Shown: in pieces, positions 38,431-52,832 of the stretch
Numbering within the stretch: the first letter of the stretch is position 1
Layout of the letters: each line of letters opens with the position of its first letter
Origin: Marsupella aquatica
Lineage: Eukaryota; Plantae; Marchantiophyta
Reading direction: 5' to 3'
DNA length: 64,000 nucleotides
NCBI GenBank assembly: GCA_973895155.1
Contig: OZ316893.1
Location: 22,851,844-22,915,843, forward strand
Notes under the pieces: model-generated
Seen by the model: only the letters and a program-made list of their open reading frames with translations
Databases searched by the model: none
Told to the model about the DNA's origin: nothing
Translations under genes and position numbers: made by a program

Positions 38431-39690
38431 AATAGCCTATGTGGTCACAACAACCTATCCAATATGATTTTGATGATAGGGACTTGAGGGACAGTTCAGT
38501 GGACCTTGTCTAAGTACACAGTTTAACAGTGAGGCCAGTGGCCAGACCTAAGTGCAACCAAACAATATGATTTTGATTATGCTAAGGACAATACAGTTTC
38601 ACATATGTTCTGAGGCCATTTTTTAATACAATTTCTGACAATACATTCAGGCCTTTCTCATTACATGTGAACTCAAGTTCAGCCAATAGGTGCAATACTT
38701 AGATAATTGTAAGGGAGGAACTTCTTCCTTATTTTCCAAGGATATTGAACATGTTTTTGGCAGTTTCACATGACTGCACAAAGAGGCTCACTACTCCACA
38801 AATTAGAAAGTGCAATACCTCTATAAGAGTCAATTTTCTGTTCTCCATACGAGCAAAGTTTTGGAGGTGTGATGATGACATGTCTTGTGTGTCAAAGGCA
38901 TTCCTGCACCAAGGACCTGACCTTTTTACTTTGGTTTCCTACACTCCGAAGACGTTCATGAAACACATATCTTTCTGTATTCAATTTGTAATTTAGCTGT
39001 GTGTCACCATTTGAATCATGATACCAAATTTCGAACTACATACCATCCAATGAATCATTTGATTTAGAAAAGTTGGAATGCCTATAAATATAGAGAATTT
39101 TTACTCGGAGACATAAGATAGTCACATGACAGACATGTTAATATTGTCGAAGGATCGCAATTTATGAGTTTCACAAAAGCATTTGCTTCATCTTCCAATC
39201 CTGCGAAAAACAATCAATAAATCAATCCTGTATTCTTACCAAAGCATTAGATGAGCATAAAATCCAGAGAGAATCTTCAGGACTTAAAGTAACTCTGATA
39301 CCGGTACCTTGGATCGATCGGAACTGGAGCATGAAAATTATTCTTATTTTAGTTTGATTTGTCAGAAGGGACTTATACAACGGCAGGAAATCAGATACAG
39401 TATGAGCACCCATACCATGGTGATGATGCAAAGACCGGCCGGTGGAGAATTGTTCTGATTCATTTATTCAAGCTGTCTTCACTTCCTAATTTCTGCCCGC
39501 GATGACTGAACACATCTTAGCAGCCGCTTCGCCTGTTTGAATTAATGTTCACATCTTCTTCCATACCCAAGACACCGAGTTCACCTGAACCTTATTTTCG
39601 GAATTGAAGAGATTCAGCGGAAGCTAGAGCTCTGCTCTCAGTGGGACCTGATGGAGGAGAAATCTCAAAACTAGTGACGAGGAAAAATTC

Positions 39691-42600
39691 TTAAAGTTCA
39701 AACTCCAGAAAAGCTACCGGAAACTGGACCAAATAGTAGTAATAATCTTCTCTCGAATCTGCTTTTTTGAGGCCCAGAGCTAAGCGTCTTTCGGCGTCCT
39801 TTTGAGCTCCATCTATGTCCCCCAGTAAGAACTTGACATAGCCCCGGTGCTTCAAACATTCATAGTCATCAGCGCTAATTTCCAAGGCTCTTGTCAGGTC
39901 TTCCAATGCTCCTTGGAGATTGCCTGCCATTCGCTGTAGTATCCCGCTTACTTGCAAGAAGAAAACCCTATCATTGTAGCCACACACGCTGGCGTCAAAA
40001 TCGTCCCAAACTGCAAGGGCTCCCAGAAATTCCTTCTCCTTAACTTTTTCTTTGATTTTCTTATGTGACGACGTGAAAAGGCTTTCCACCCAATGGTCCC
40101 TTTCTTTCAGTCTGAAAAATGCCAAGGGCAATTGCACCACAGGATCCATTGCCATGCATCTTTCTGCATCCTGTCGCGCTCCACTGTCATCCCCCATCAA
40201 GTATTTGACATAACCCCGATGCTTGAGCAGATCATAATCGTCGTCGTCTATTTCCAAGGCTGCTGTCAGGTCTTCCAAAGCTCCTTGGATATCTCCTGCC
40301 ATTCGCTTCAGTATTCCCCTTTCTTTCAGGAAGAAACGACTATCATGACAGCCACACACGCTGGCATCGAATTCATCCCAAATTGCAAGGGCTCCTAGGA
40401 ATTCCTTCTCCTCTACCTTATCCATGACTCTCCCATGTGACAACCTGAAAAGATTTCCCACCGAATGCTGCCTCCCCTTCAGTCTGAATTCCAAAAATGC
40501 TACGGGCAATCCTCCCAAACAGTTCTGCCCATCCACCTTAGGCTCCATCGCCATACATCTTTCTGCATCCCTTTGCGCTCCACTCTTATCCCCCATCAAG
40601 TATTTCACGTAACCCCGATGCTTAAGCAGCTCATAATTGTTGTCGTCTGTTTCCAAGGCAGCTGTCAGGTCTTCCAAGGCTCCATCGAGATCACCTGCCA
40701 TTCGCTTCAATAAACCCCTTTCTTTCAAGAAGAAAACCCTATGATGATAGCCACCAACCCTGGCGTCGAAATCGTCCCAAATTGCAAGGGCTCCCAGAAA
40801 TTCCTTCTCCTCTACCTTCTCCATAACTTTCTCATGTGAGGAGCTCCAAAGATGTCCCTCAACAGCTTCACTTCCCTTCAGTCTGAATTCCATAAATGCT
40901 ACGGACAATCCTCCCAAACAATCATACATCCCACGCTCCACAGCATCCATTGCCATGCATCTTTCTGCATCCTCTCGCGCTCCACTCTTATCCCCCATCA
41001 AGTATTTGACGTAACCCCGATGCTTTGAGCAGCTTATAGTTGTCGTCTATTTCGAAGGCTGTTGTCAGGTCTTCCAGAGCTCCATGGAGATCGCCTACGA
41101 TTCGCTTCAATATTCCCCTTTCTTGCAAGAAATAAACCCGCGAACATTGGGAATACACCGTGACATCAAAATCACACCAGATTGCCAATGCCCCCTGGAA
41201 GTCTGAAATCCTCACCTTGTCCATCATTTCACAATGTGCTGAGCACAAATTTGTCGAGTGCTCATTGCGTTCTGTTTTTCCTGCCAGCCTGAAATCCATG
41301 TATGTTACTGTTTCTTTCCCAAAACCGAAGGGGAGCCACCCAATAGGACCGTCTGCGCGATCTGTGCGAAGAAGTCTTAAGGCATTTGCACCATCATCAT
41401 TTGCACGACCGAGATCCCCCAACAAGAAGTTCACGTAGCCTCGGTAACTCCAACACTCATACAGGCTGCGGTACTCACGAGATTCTGCGTCATCAGATGA
41501 TACTTCCAATGCGGCAGTGAGATCTTCCAAGGCTCCCTGGAGATCTCCCATATGACATCTCATTATGCCGCTCGCTTGCAACAACAATTTATGCCACCTC
41601 GGTTTTAGCATAGCGAGGTTTGCGCAACAAATATCTTCCAGGGCTCCCTGATAGTCATGTTCCGACACCTTCTCCATCGCATTTTCGTGCATGAAGATCA
41701 TGAGCGCCTCTAACAGTATGATGTTGTCCTCATGGGCCAAGGAGAAACGCTTATCTTGCACCTTAAAGATCTTCTTTGATGTGGCGAGAGTGGCCACACC
41801 AGCGTCTCCCAACCAGGCAGGTAATTCCTGGACGTATGGGAGGACAGAGAGCTCCAAAGTGCTCAAAGACTGCATACTCTTCATGAAGTCAGGAATGCTT
41901 CTTATAGAAAGCCCCCGAAGAACGAGACTAGTAAGCGCCGTCAGTTCGGCAAGAGACTCGGGCAGCATCTTGATCGGGATAAGAGTTCTCTCTCCAATGA
42001 TTTCCAAGTTAAGTAACTGGGTGAGTTCGCCGAAGGGAATGACTGAGAGGATATTCGAACGACAATTGGTCAGCTCTAGGTGCCTCAAACTGGAGAGTTT
42101 TCCGAATGAATTCACAACAGCTTCCAATTGACATCCTTGCAACTTGAGGTCTTCTAATCCTTCTAGATGTCCAAAGGAGTCGGGGACTCGTAAGTCGCAA
42201 AAACTACGGATTTCTAGGTGCTTCAGGGCAAGCAGGTGTCCAAAGGAGTGGGGCAAAGCTTGCAGTTTGTTACAATCAGTGATTTCTAAGTGCTTCAAGG
42301 CAGACAGGTGTCCAAAGGAATCGGACAAGACTTGCAATTCGTGACAACGATGAATTTCTAGGTGCGTCAAGGCAGCCAGGGTTCCAAATGAAGTAGACAG
42401 GGAGTTGAGTCTCGGACAACCATTGAACACAAGACGATCGAGTGCGGATAGATTGCCGAAGGTGTCAGGAAGGGAACGTAAGTCACCACACCTCTCAAAT
42501 GCAAGATCTTTCAACTTGGATAGAGCACCGAACTTTTCGGGCAGGATATGAAGACGATGGCAGTACATGAATTTCAAGTACTGCAACTGCGATAGTTTGC

Positions 42601-45600
42601 AAAACGTCTCAGGCAAACTCTTTAGATCGCAATCATATAACACCAAATGTTCCAACTGGGATAAATTGCCGAATTCAGCCGGTACACAGTGCAAGATTGT
42701 ACCGATAAAGATTCTAAGAGCTGATAATTGTCCAATAGATCTGGGTAGGACCTCCACACCGTGCAGTCGCAAAACTACGAGACTACCTTGAAGGGCAAAG
42801 TTGAAAGTATCAAGACGCCCACTGCATTTGAGTAGGACAAGCTTACTCGGGAATGACCTCTCTTCCTCAACTCCGTCAATGAACAGCGGGCCATCCATTT
42901 CCAGATACAGCAATTTCTTCAGTTTCTTAAGCGTATGGCTTGGAATGTGAATATCTTCACTTGAGGAAGCATCACTTGTGGAAGCATCCCAATGGCTGGA
43001 CAACCGCAAGGCATGAATATCCTACAATGTCATAATATCCTCACCATTTAGTTCAGATCTCATCAAATCAGCGCTAGTTGAGTCCAATACATACAAACGA
43101 CTACTGCAAACCCAGCTAACTAATTGTCATTCCTGAAACCCTCCCTTACTGCTTTGAGATAAAATGCTTTGCAATGTTACATATGCCTCAAACATTTGAA
43201 GCCCAGAACAAACTTGACACCTCCTCACTACAGAATTTTATCTCATCAATCTAGAGCTCACCTGATTCGCCAACTCCTCATTGTTTTGTAGTAGCTTAAA
43301 GGCAATTCTCCCATCCCATACTCTGCACCTGCCACTGTTACTTGGCTCAGAAGCTATTTTTCGTCCCAGACTTAGAAGTTGGTCATGTATCTTAATACTC
43401 TCATTCTCCTCAACATGATAAACAAGAGACCTGTCCACCAAGGTTTGCCATTGTATGGTCTCATACTGTGTCTCATAAGCTTTCCTCCAAGCTGCTTTTG
43501 CATCGCGCAAACACCAAGAATACCCTTGAAAGAAAGTTGTGGCATAGGAACATTTGCTGCTCCACCTCGTCAAGTCCGTCGTAGCTCACTCTCAACTTTG
43601 CCCACAATCTCTTGTCAAGATCTCGAATATTGTCAGCCTTTATCACAGCTTGCAAAGTTTGCTGCCAAAACTTGCGATCCTGTCCGAATTTGAGGTGCTT
43701 TCCAAGAACTTCAAGCGTAAGGGGCAGCCCAGAACACTTCTCCACTATAGCCACCATATCATGTTTCAAGTTTGCGGATAAATTTGCGGGCTGTGGGAAA
43801 GCATGGCTTAGGAACAGCTTTTCTGAATCTTTTTGGTTCAAAAATGGGAGTTTAAAAATATCAACATCGTCCACGCGCTTGAGAATGTCCCAATCACGAG
43901 ATGTAACAATGAACCGACTTTGTGGAGAGGGACCATCAACGAGGTGTGATAACACGGTTATATCAAGATCATCAATGATATTATCCAAAACAAGTAGCAG
44001 TTGCTTGTCCTTCAAAGCAGACCAGTTCTCTTCGTCTTCATCCTTCCTTCCAAGGCGGTGCATATGTTTCCACACTACAGTCTTTACCTCAAAAACACCC
44101 CCTCCTTTCACCTCCAGATCAGGGACAAAACAACTGTACTCGTATGCGGGACTTAGTTCATTGAATACCGCCCGTGCGAGAGTGGTTTTCCCAAGCCCAC
44201 CCATGCCCACCAAGCCCAGCGTTGGAAATTTCTGAAGCCTGCTTTTAACCTCCTGTACGAGAACGTCCATATTGACCAGTTGCTTTGGCAGAAATTCCCG
44301 ATTTTGACGAATAGCTTGCCTTTCAACCACGGCTCTTTCTTCCTAGATTTGCAACAAGAGCAGGTTAGAAAAACTGCAATCCTAAAGTCCTTTGATATGA
44401 ATTTTGACCTTTCAGTTGAGAAGACAGGACACAGGATGTCACTGGAAAACAAGGACATGCTGTAGTTCTGGGCAACCTTTGAATTGTCGCAAACGCTGCT
44501 GAGGAGTGTTGTGAGGGCGTTGAACCTTCGGGAGGTTTTAGTCTCTGGTCTGCACACGGAGAAATGGTCTGCGCTACTATCAAGATTAAAATTCACCCCA
44601 TCTCTGGCAGAGCCTTCTGGTACTACAACAATACCCCGGAATACGCCCTGCATGACCACAGAAACGATGTCAAATTGATGTACCAAAAAGGCAAATTGGA
44701 AAAGTTGGCAAATTGGCACCAGACACCACAGTGCCCAATGTTCAATTGACCCGTCAAATGACTGGCCAAATTCATGACAAGACTTGCTACTAAGCGAACC
44801 GACTAAAAGAAAGATAGCCGATTAGGAAATCATCTGGAAGGACAGCAGCTGTACCGTTTTCACAGGGAGCATTTCCCCCAATCCTTCGATTTTCCACTTT
44901 GGGTAACACGTGCACAAATTTTGGAAGTAGGAATTCAGCCGGCTCGTGTCTTTGCTTAGAGTGGTGAAGTAATCAAACAAAGGGCGGCTCAAGGCACTTC
45001 TTGCTCTTCCTATATCAGAACTGCCGTGATGAGGGGTACTATAATAAAATACCCCTCTCAAGCTATCAAGGAAATTCTTTTTCTTGGCCGCATTCATGCT
45101 GGACTCAAATGTGTAGTGTGCATGATGACACAGGTCCTTGATGACCAAACCCCCAAAAGAGTGGCCCACCAAGACCACTGGGCAATGAGGCGTCTGACCA
45201 ATGTTTGCCTGCATCAGATCACTGATCAAGTTTTCGCTAATTATATGCATGTCAAAGTTTTCAGCAGAACCCTTTCTCAGGCCTTCAATATAAGAGACAA
45301 CCAGGATGTGAGCGTCAGGGAACTCCTCCGCGAGCCAAACCTTCGGCCAAATACAGCTTTCGTCCCCACTTATCCAGGTAGATAAGTGTGCTTCGGCGGA
45401 TTCCCCAAATGGAAGCCCGTGGAAGAATAATACTTGTATGGCGGGATCACCCTTAGGCTTGTGAAGCTCGTAGAGGGAGTCATTCACCTGAGATATCACG
45501 AACACAGGAAGGCAAGTATTGATTAGTGGTCATCACTCTTCATCTGGTTTCGACAGGAAGCTACAATAGAAGAGAAACTCAGACATGTGAATATCAATTG

Positions 45601-45863
45601 TATGAGAAGCTTTCTCTGAAACCAATCAACCAACTGAATGTCACTAAGGAGAGATGAGGGACCGTATGGATGATCACCTCACATGCTTGGAGATTCCATT
45701 GTTGCACCTTGCTGCGGCGTCGATTAGCTACAACGGGTCTGAGGAAGAATAAGCCAAGTAGACAGCACAAGATCACAATAGACAGTTGGGCTACTTCGTC
45801 AGTCGCCACTAGAATCGGAGCAAATCTCGCCGAAATTACGGAAACCCAATTGATTGCCTCCAT
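39691..45863 (-). pseudogene. NLR copy 3, same architecture, two frameshifts; exons 45863-45678, 45487-44855, 44647-44477, 44342-43262, 43021-39691
   Basis: 2-nt deletion in RNBS-D (~43545, ggcataggaa versus ggcatctaggaa in copy 2) and an extra T in the TPR array (~41025, tgctttgagc versus tgcttgagc). Otherwise open, so sequencing error cannot be excluded. Confidence 0.78.
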
Positions 45864-48139
45864 TGCGAGCCTCAGAAGAAAGACTTTGTCTAGTGGCCCT
45901 AACGCGATGGGCCCTTGCAGATCAAATTATGCGCTTAGCCCCAGAATGAGTCAACTGGTCAGATCCATCCTCGTCGTGAGGCCAGACCACCAATAATCAT
46001 TCAAGAAGAACTGAAATTCCCTGAAGGCTGGACAATTTCCATTATAAAGTCTAGCGCCAATTGCTGATCAGGTACCTTCATAATGTTCAACTAGTGATCG
46101 CCTATATTTGTTGCACCGTAAAAATCGTTCTCAAACTTATCACCGTGTAGATTTAGACGCGGATTAGCAAACTCGATTAAATGAGGGAAAGCACATAGTT
46201 GTGCTTTGCTCGTCCTAGAACCTTTTCTCTCGCAACTACAGTGAGGACGGAAGCAGGCATATCAGAAATTGGAAGGTAGAGCTACCGTAGTTCGTCTTGA
46301 GCGCAGCGCAGTGAAAACTATATGAAAACAAAAGTCAGTAGGAGACTTCAGCAATCGTCGAACCATCATCCGTGCTGCGCACTCATAACTAGTGAGCAGC
46401 AAAGCCATCGTTGTGGCCACATCTGACTCTAGCTAGCCGATTTACCAAGGACTGAACTCTCCTCAGCATAGTTAGAGGACATCCACGGCGACCTGACGGC
46501 AAAACAGATACAATGAATCAAAGCGGAGGGTTGGCAGTGCAACCCACTTCCAAAGTTTTAAGTACAACAGAATCTGAAAGTTTGTGATGGAATTGTGTCT
46601 GTCTCTATCAACGTGATTGAGTGCCGAGTAGTGAAGACTTATTTGCCGTCCTTGTGCCTTCGCTTCCGAAAACTTTGAGAGTAACGGGAACGATACCAGT
46701 CCGATTCAGGAACCTTGTGAAATTCCCCTGCCATCACGTACACATCAACGCATCGGCACATAGCGGACATACACTGCAGCTAGAGCTGATAGGAACAACA
46801 CAATTGCGTGCACTGAACGAGAGCAAAGAGAACGGTGGATGTACCTTTCTGGCTGGAAGGTATGGCGGTAGTGGATAGATTCAATTTGGGGAGCCTGAGT
46901 CGCGGTCCTGCACCTCAATCTCGACCATCTCGAGGTCCCGTGACCGAGCATTTGGAGATAAATTGTACTAGATGTTCAAGTGTGAAGCACTCAGAAACTC
47001 GGCCCTGAATGGTCACTCCCTCGACAAAATTCAGCATAGCGTGTCCAGCAGAATCTGCCGTGCCGGTGCGGTCAAACAGAGCTGCGCCAAGAAGTCTTCC
47101 AGATCGAAGGAATTGACGAAATAAGTGGCAAATGTTTGCCAAAAGTGGTGAAGAAGGTGGAATGAGGTGAATTTTTGCCATTAAAAAATTTGTTGTTTGG
47201 GAGAATTCCAGATGAAGTGAGGAGTCATCCTCGGGCCTCCCTGTTTCGAGCATATTGTGGGCTACAATGCCCCATAATGCCCTGGTTAAGAGGACTGTAA
47301 CACCAGAAACCTAGATACATAAATTAATAAAAGACCTAGTAGTCCACATCTAGCCAACTAACCAAGTGCAAGTGGGACATGGATGTATGCGGCAAGGGTT
47401 TGAAAGGCACTATTTGTTAGAGGCATGAATTTGAGTGGAACGAGGTTTGATAAGTCTAGACTCATCTCCTGTCCATACATGTCCACAATGCACAGTAGAT
47501 CATGACGTAAGAAGCTCCTATCTACTATCTACTATCCTTTCCAACCCACATGAATGGCTTTGTATCGAACCATGTTTTACTCCATAATGTGTACATTTGG
47601 AACTCCTCCAAATTAAGTAGCAGACCAATCATCAGTCTAGTATCTGTGTTTAGAGTCTACTCATTGGGATATCTGATCCGGCATCTGATCGAAGCAAGTT
47701 TGAGGTACCTTGCCATTATGGCTGAAATGTCTACAGCATCCTGTGTCTAGAGTCTACGCATTGGGACTTATGATCGGAGTACATTTTCACCCTTTTGAAC
47801 ATAGTAAGAATGTTGATACATTTCGTTGTGTAGTGTCCCACAAAATTCAAGAATCAAAGGTTCAGACTGATACATGGTGATACGCATCATCAAATTCCAT
47901 GCTCGTGATTCCTTAAATTTATTGGGCAATGTTTTCGTGGATAATGCCACTGTGGGTAGGGAAGGATTAAAAGATTTCCGGGACAAGATTTCAGTGCCTC
48001 TCCACATTAATTCCTGATAAAAGGTCTGAGCAATTACATATATTAATGAAAGTAGAATCAAACTAAAGTTCTGACCATTGTTGATTGAAAAGCAACTATT
48101 GACCACACCTGGCTCTTTTGGGAAACTCACTTACACATG

Positions 48140-49260
48140 TCAATTGTGGAGTGCTTGGTCAGTGTAAGGAACAACTTGGTTCTCTACCCTGGCTATGTTG
48201 CTCTCCCCAAATTAAAGGAACAACTTGGTTCTCTGCCCTGGCTCTGTTGCTCTTCCCGAACAGTGGGTGGTAGAAGATGTAGTAAGATGTCTGCAGGATT
48301 TCTATGATCTTCCAGAAAATGATTTGAGGGAGGTAATCACGACATGTGGACGATTAGGGATTCGGAAAGCTACGGATTTTGTGTCTGATGCGGAGAATGA
48401 GTGGAAGCACCTTGAGGCAAAGCTACAAAGATTAAGGGGACTCACTGGTAATATCCGTGCGCTTTGATTATCATTTTTTGATATCATTAATCAGGCTGTT
48501 TACTGAGGAAGCCATTTTGAGTCTTCTGCTAAATAGGGGGTTGGATTGATTTGGAGAGGGAGATCAAGCAATTTGGACTCCCCAACCACTGGATTTACGA
48601 GATGCTCCGCCCTAAGGGATCAGATTTTATGAGGCTAAACAGGATTTGGGAGGTTACACTTGATGAAGCGGAGTGGAGCAACATCAAGAAGATCATCTGG
48701 ACTGCTGATTTATCTACCCGCTCTAAAACATTCCTCTGGAGAATTCTGGCTCAGGGGCTTTTCTCCGGATCCAGAGCTTTGAAGATTGATGGTTTCTAGT
48801 CGCTCTGCACGGGGGAGATCGAAACCATCCCTCACATCTTTATTAAATGCAGACATGCAGAACATTGTTGTATAACTGCTCATGGATGGCTGAATGGAAC
48901 CATTTTTGGCCATGATCTGGGCCTCATCGGTCTACTCCTTACTGCCCAGGGGAAAAATCCACTAAACACATTATGGACCTCCTTGCTTTACCAAGTCCTA
49001 TGGAGTATCTGGCTTGCATGCACGAAACGGCCGGGCAAACCTTTGATCTATATAAGAAGAGAATTGTTTACCAGATTCTTATCTTTTCAGTTACCTTGGA
49101 TCACCTCAACGCAATGTTAGTTTCTGCTGGATCGACCCAGAGACAGGCTCACCTTGCTGGTGCTAGAATGCTACTAGAGCAGGGACAGATTAGGATTCTC
49201 AAGAGTGGCCCCATAAATCTTATTTTGAGTATCTTTTCCTTCCTTACTACATTCTCTGCA
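48140..49260 (+). mobile_element. L1-type LINE ORF2 3' remnant (zf-RVT region)
   Basis: LNRIWEVTLDEAEWSNIKKIIWTADLSTRSKTFLWRILAQGL followed by a C-x-x-x-x-ETIPHIF-x-x-C-like segment; contains stops and frameshifts. Confidence 0.7.
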
Positions 49261-49283
49261 ATAGTATAAATGCTACACAACTA

Positions 49284-50217
49284 CAGTGAACTCTGGATAA
49301 ACGCACCCTCTCGGGAAGACAGATCTGGCGTGCACTAAACCAGGTGTTGCATGACTTGATAAGCGCACATCCCACTAAAAGTGCTGTAATAGATAAGTGT
49401 GCTTAATTTGGGATCCTTTGTTAAATGTGTAATTATCCCGGGTCTCCAGGTGTTTGAGACCAAGTTGTGTGGGCGATGGCAGATTGAGCACTACCAAGTG
49501 AATGAACAATGATATGGACTCCAAAACTCACCATGCACATTGTAAATACTACAATATACCCAGATCACACCAACATTCAGTGAAATCAAACTTTATTTCA
49601 AAATGACAACATTATGTGTCCAATGGAGAGATTTGCTTGATCGACCCCCAAAATGAAACTTGTTACTTGATCGACCCCCTGAAGTCTATCAACGGTCCAG
49701 ATCTAAGATCGAAAGGTCCATCAACGGTCCAGATTGGGGAAAAGTATTGAGGGGGTTGATTAAACAAACTTTTTCCAGAAGGGGGTCTACTAAGCATATC
49801 TCTTGTGTCCAATGCGAGTAAAAACAAAAGTGGACTACAGTTCCTACATTGGGCCTACACAACTTCTTCAGTACCGACGGCAGTATGGACCCCGTAGTCA
49901 GCCTTGTACCTTGATCCCTGTCCTAATTCTTTGCCCAAACTCCTTAAGTGCATTATGTACTCTACTAATAATGGGCATGCCTTTATCGATAAATGACATT
50001 TCTGGAGTTTATGCATTTACATATAAGCGCATTCAATCACTTATCCAGGGTAAGCGCTTATAAAGTTGTCGTTTAGTGGAATGATTTTAGCCCTATGTGC
50101 GCTTAGAAAAAATGCTTAAAAACCGCTTATCCCGTGTAAAAAAAAGGGAAGAACAAGATGGCATGCAATAATCCAGGGTAAGCGTTTATGGAGAGTGCGT
50201 TTATCCAGAGTTCACTG
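49284..50217. mobile_element. Non-autonomous Tc1/mariner (pogo-like) element
   Basis: Perfect 23-bp TIR CAGTGAACTCTGGATAAACGCAC flanked by TA on both sides; internal gataa(g/a)cgc subterminal repeats. Confidence 0.85.
49626..49804. mobile_element. ~180-bp Mutator-like MITE nested in the mariner element
   Basis: Imperfect long TIR agagatttgcttgatcgacccc / ggggtctactaagcatatctct; ~10-bp direct flank GTGTCCAATG on both sides. Confidence 0.65.
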
Positions 50218-50592
50218 TACTTAGAAACAGAGTGGCCTCTCTTGGCTACAATAGGCACTTAGGGACACATGACAGGCTAAGCTGCCCTTGTTTGTTTCTT
50301 TGACTACTTCACACTTGATCGCTTCCGCGTAGATTAGGGCTCTTAGATCTGTCAAACAGCTCCTCCAAGATCTGGATTGCTGACGACTAATCTGCCCTAG
50401 GCTTTGATTGGCTAGGATCTGCCCTAAGATTTGGATTGGCTTGGAAAGGAGTCTTTATACTTATGTTGAATTGCTTTATCTTTGCCTTCTTGGGCTTGCT
50501 TGGTCCCACATCCGTGGGGTTCGGGCAGAATAAAGATAAAATTAAAAAGGGGAAAAAAAGTTATGATCATTGTAGCAGGTTGCTAAAAGAAG

Positions 50593-52020
50593 CTATTTTT
50601 TAGGAGTTGCGGGAGGCTGGTGGGGAGCTTGCCTCCCTCATTCCTTTTGTTCGGGCCTTCTATGGGACCCTTGCCCTTTTATTTTATCCTGATCGCCTCA
50701 GTCCTGGGTCCTACATGATGATTCTTTCTGAGTCAGGTACTCGGCAGGGGGATCCCATCGGTGGGGCTTTGTTTGCCATGGCACACTTTTGTGCTCTCCA
50801 GGCGTCTTCGCTTGCCTTTCCTAGGTGCATGTTTCAGTCCATTGCTGATGATACTCATCTGGTGAGGCCCATCTCAATCCTTGGGGATGCTTATCTCCAC
50901 TTTGTTGACCAGCTGGCGCTTCTTGGTCTTTCAATACAGTCTCAAAAGTGTGGGGTCTGGTCTTCGCATCCTCTCCCTGATTCCTTCTCCCCTCCCGTTG
51001 GTGTCCACCTTTGTGAGGAGGGCATTGGGGTCCTGGGAGTCCCATTCGGGGAGGATGCCTTTGTCCGTGAGTTTTTGCAGGTGACATTATCTCAGGATGT
51101 TCTTCACATCAACCAGTTGGTGGCGAGGTTGGTGTGGGGGTTGGTGCCTCTTGGCGACATCCAGATTGCCTTCATGATTTTGATTCAGTGCTTCGTCCGA
51201 CGCCCTTCATACCTTCTCCGGACTGTTTTGCCCACTCCCTTGTTTTTGTCCTTGCTCTCATCCTTCAACACCACTGTGATGGGGATTACCACCCATAATG
51301 ACATTTGGGACGTGGTGGCTACCATTGTCAGGGACTCTGGTTACCATGTTGCTATGGAGCAACGACATTTTCTTCTCCCTCGGGATGGTCTTCCTGACCG
51401 GTGGCGGGCGGATCTGGGGTTTGTGCTCTTGGGGATGTGGTTGTTGCTGATCCTACTAGGGGGGGAGCCATATCGCCGTTGCCGCTCATGTGCCTGGCCA
51501 TGCTGCAGCCAAGGCGGCCCGACTCAAGGAGGAGGCCTATGTAGTTCGCTACCTGGAGGATCTTTTCTACCCCTTTGCCGTTGAGGTTTTTGCGAGGGTT
51601 TTTGGTGCTCTCATCCTACCTTTGACCAGTTCCTATGGGCCCGTGCTGTTTATTGTATTGAGAGGAGGCCTTCCCCCCTGTTTCGGTCCTCACCGCCTTT
51701 TTTTTGGTAGCAGGTGTTTGTGGCTCTTCAGTGGGCCCAGGCTTTCACCTTGCTTTGTAGGGTTGAGGCAGTTAGTTTTAGGGCCTCTCGCCAGCAAGTT
51801 CCAATTTGCAAACTTCCTACTAGGCTTTTCAGTTCTCCGCTCAGTAGGGTGTTAGCCTTCATTGGTTACATTTTTGTAAGCTTTTGGTTTGGGACCCCTT
51901 GGCTTGTTTTTTCTTGGGGCCCTTTCCCCTCTTTTCCTCCCCTTCTTTGGGTTGCTTTGCCTTTCAATTGGGATCTTGTCTCCCGGTTTGGCATTTTTTG
52001 CCCTTGGCATTGTGATATAG
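50593..52020 (+). mobile_element. 5'-truncated, internally deleted non-LTR retrotransposon with RT and restriction-like endonuclease (CRE/R2-like group)
   Basis: SESGTRQGDPIGGALF, IADD, QKC and GIGVLGVPFG RT motifs, then HNDIWD...VAMEQ...RADL...DVVVADP...AARLKEEAY...FYPFAVE RLE motifs. Empty site gctaaaagaag|tcaatgacaaa at ~12673. Confidence 0.82.
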
Positions 52021-52832
52021 TCAATGACAAATGTCCAGATAAACTAGACATGATCGAGTATAGTTACAGGATGTCATTAAGGATCCCAAAGATTTCCTGA
52101 GATATAAAATACCACTAAAGTAGGCAAGTAGGGACTGTAGCACTCAAAAGTCTAAACACTAGAAGAATCCGAGCTCATCTGAGACCGCAATATGTGACTC
52201 ATTTTGGCTCATGTGACTTCATTGTGACTCAACGTGACGTGACCCAGGCTGTGACCCTTGGAGTTGCAAAAGTTGAGACCCAAAAATAGTAGTCACTATT
52301 GATACATGGAATTGCGACTTGCTTGATACCCATTTGTGACTCTTTTGTGACTCTATCATGGAGTCTAGCCTTGTTTATAAGTGACTGTAATGTGACTTTA
52401 ATTAGTCACAGGGTAAGTCACATCTGTGACTTACTTGCCATTAATAACGACTACCTTGTGGCATTTTAGTGTCACAAAATAGACCAAGGGAGACCCTGGT
52501 CCGGTCACACTATACAACCATTTGCATCTCTACATAGTCATTCTTATAACTAATAAGGTTGAGATGGAATTTAGGGAAGTTATAACCATAACTAATCCAT
52601 AACAAAACATGATATAAGCAGATCGAACATAGTATGTACTCATTCATAAGAATTGAACAGAATGACCATATTGCTGAAACATAGGCATCAATTCAATTAC
52701 AATGGAACTGTGTACATTGTCATCAAGGTAATTCAAAGAAAACAAGAACTTGTAAACTGATAATTGTTTGAAATAATTGAAAGTAAATGCATTGAATTCT
52801 AAAATCTACAAAGCATGACTCACACTACATTG

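Noticed and set aside
39691-41001. Stand-alone TPR protein genes (also 17189-17641, 16739-17173, 63070-63987)
   Set aside because: They are frameshifted pieces of the NLR last exon, as shown by the continuous frame in copy 1.
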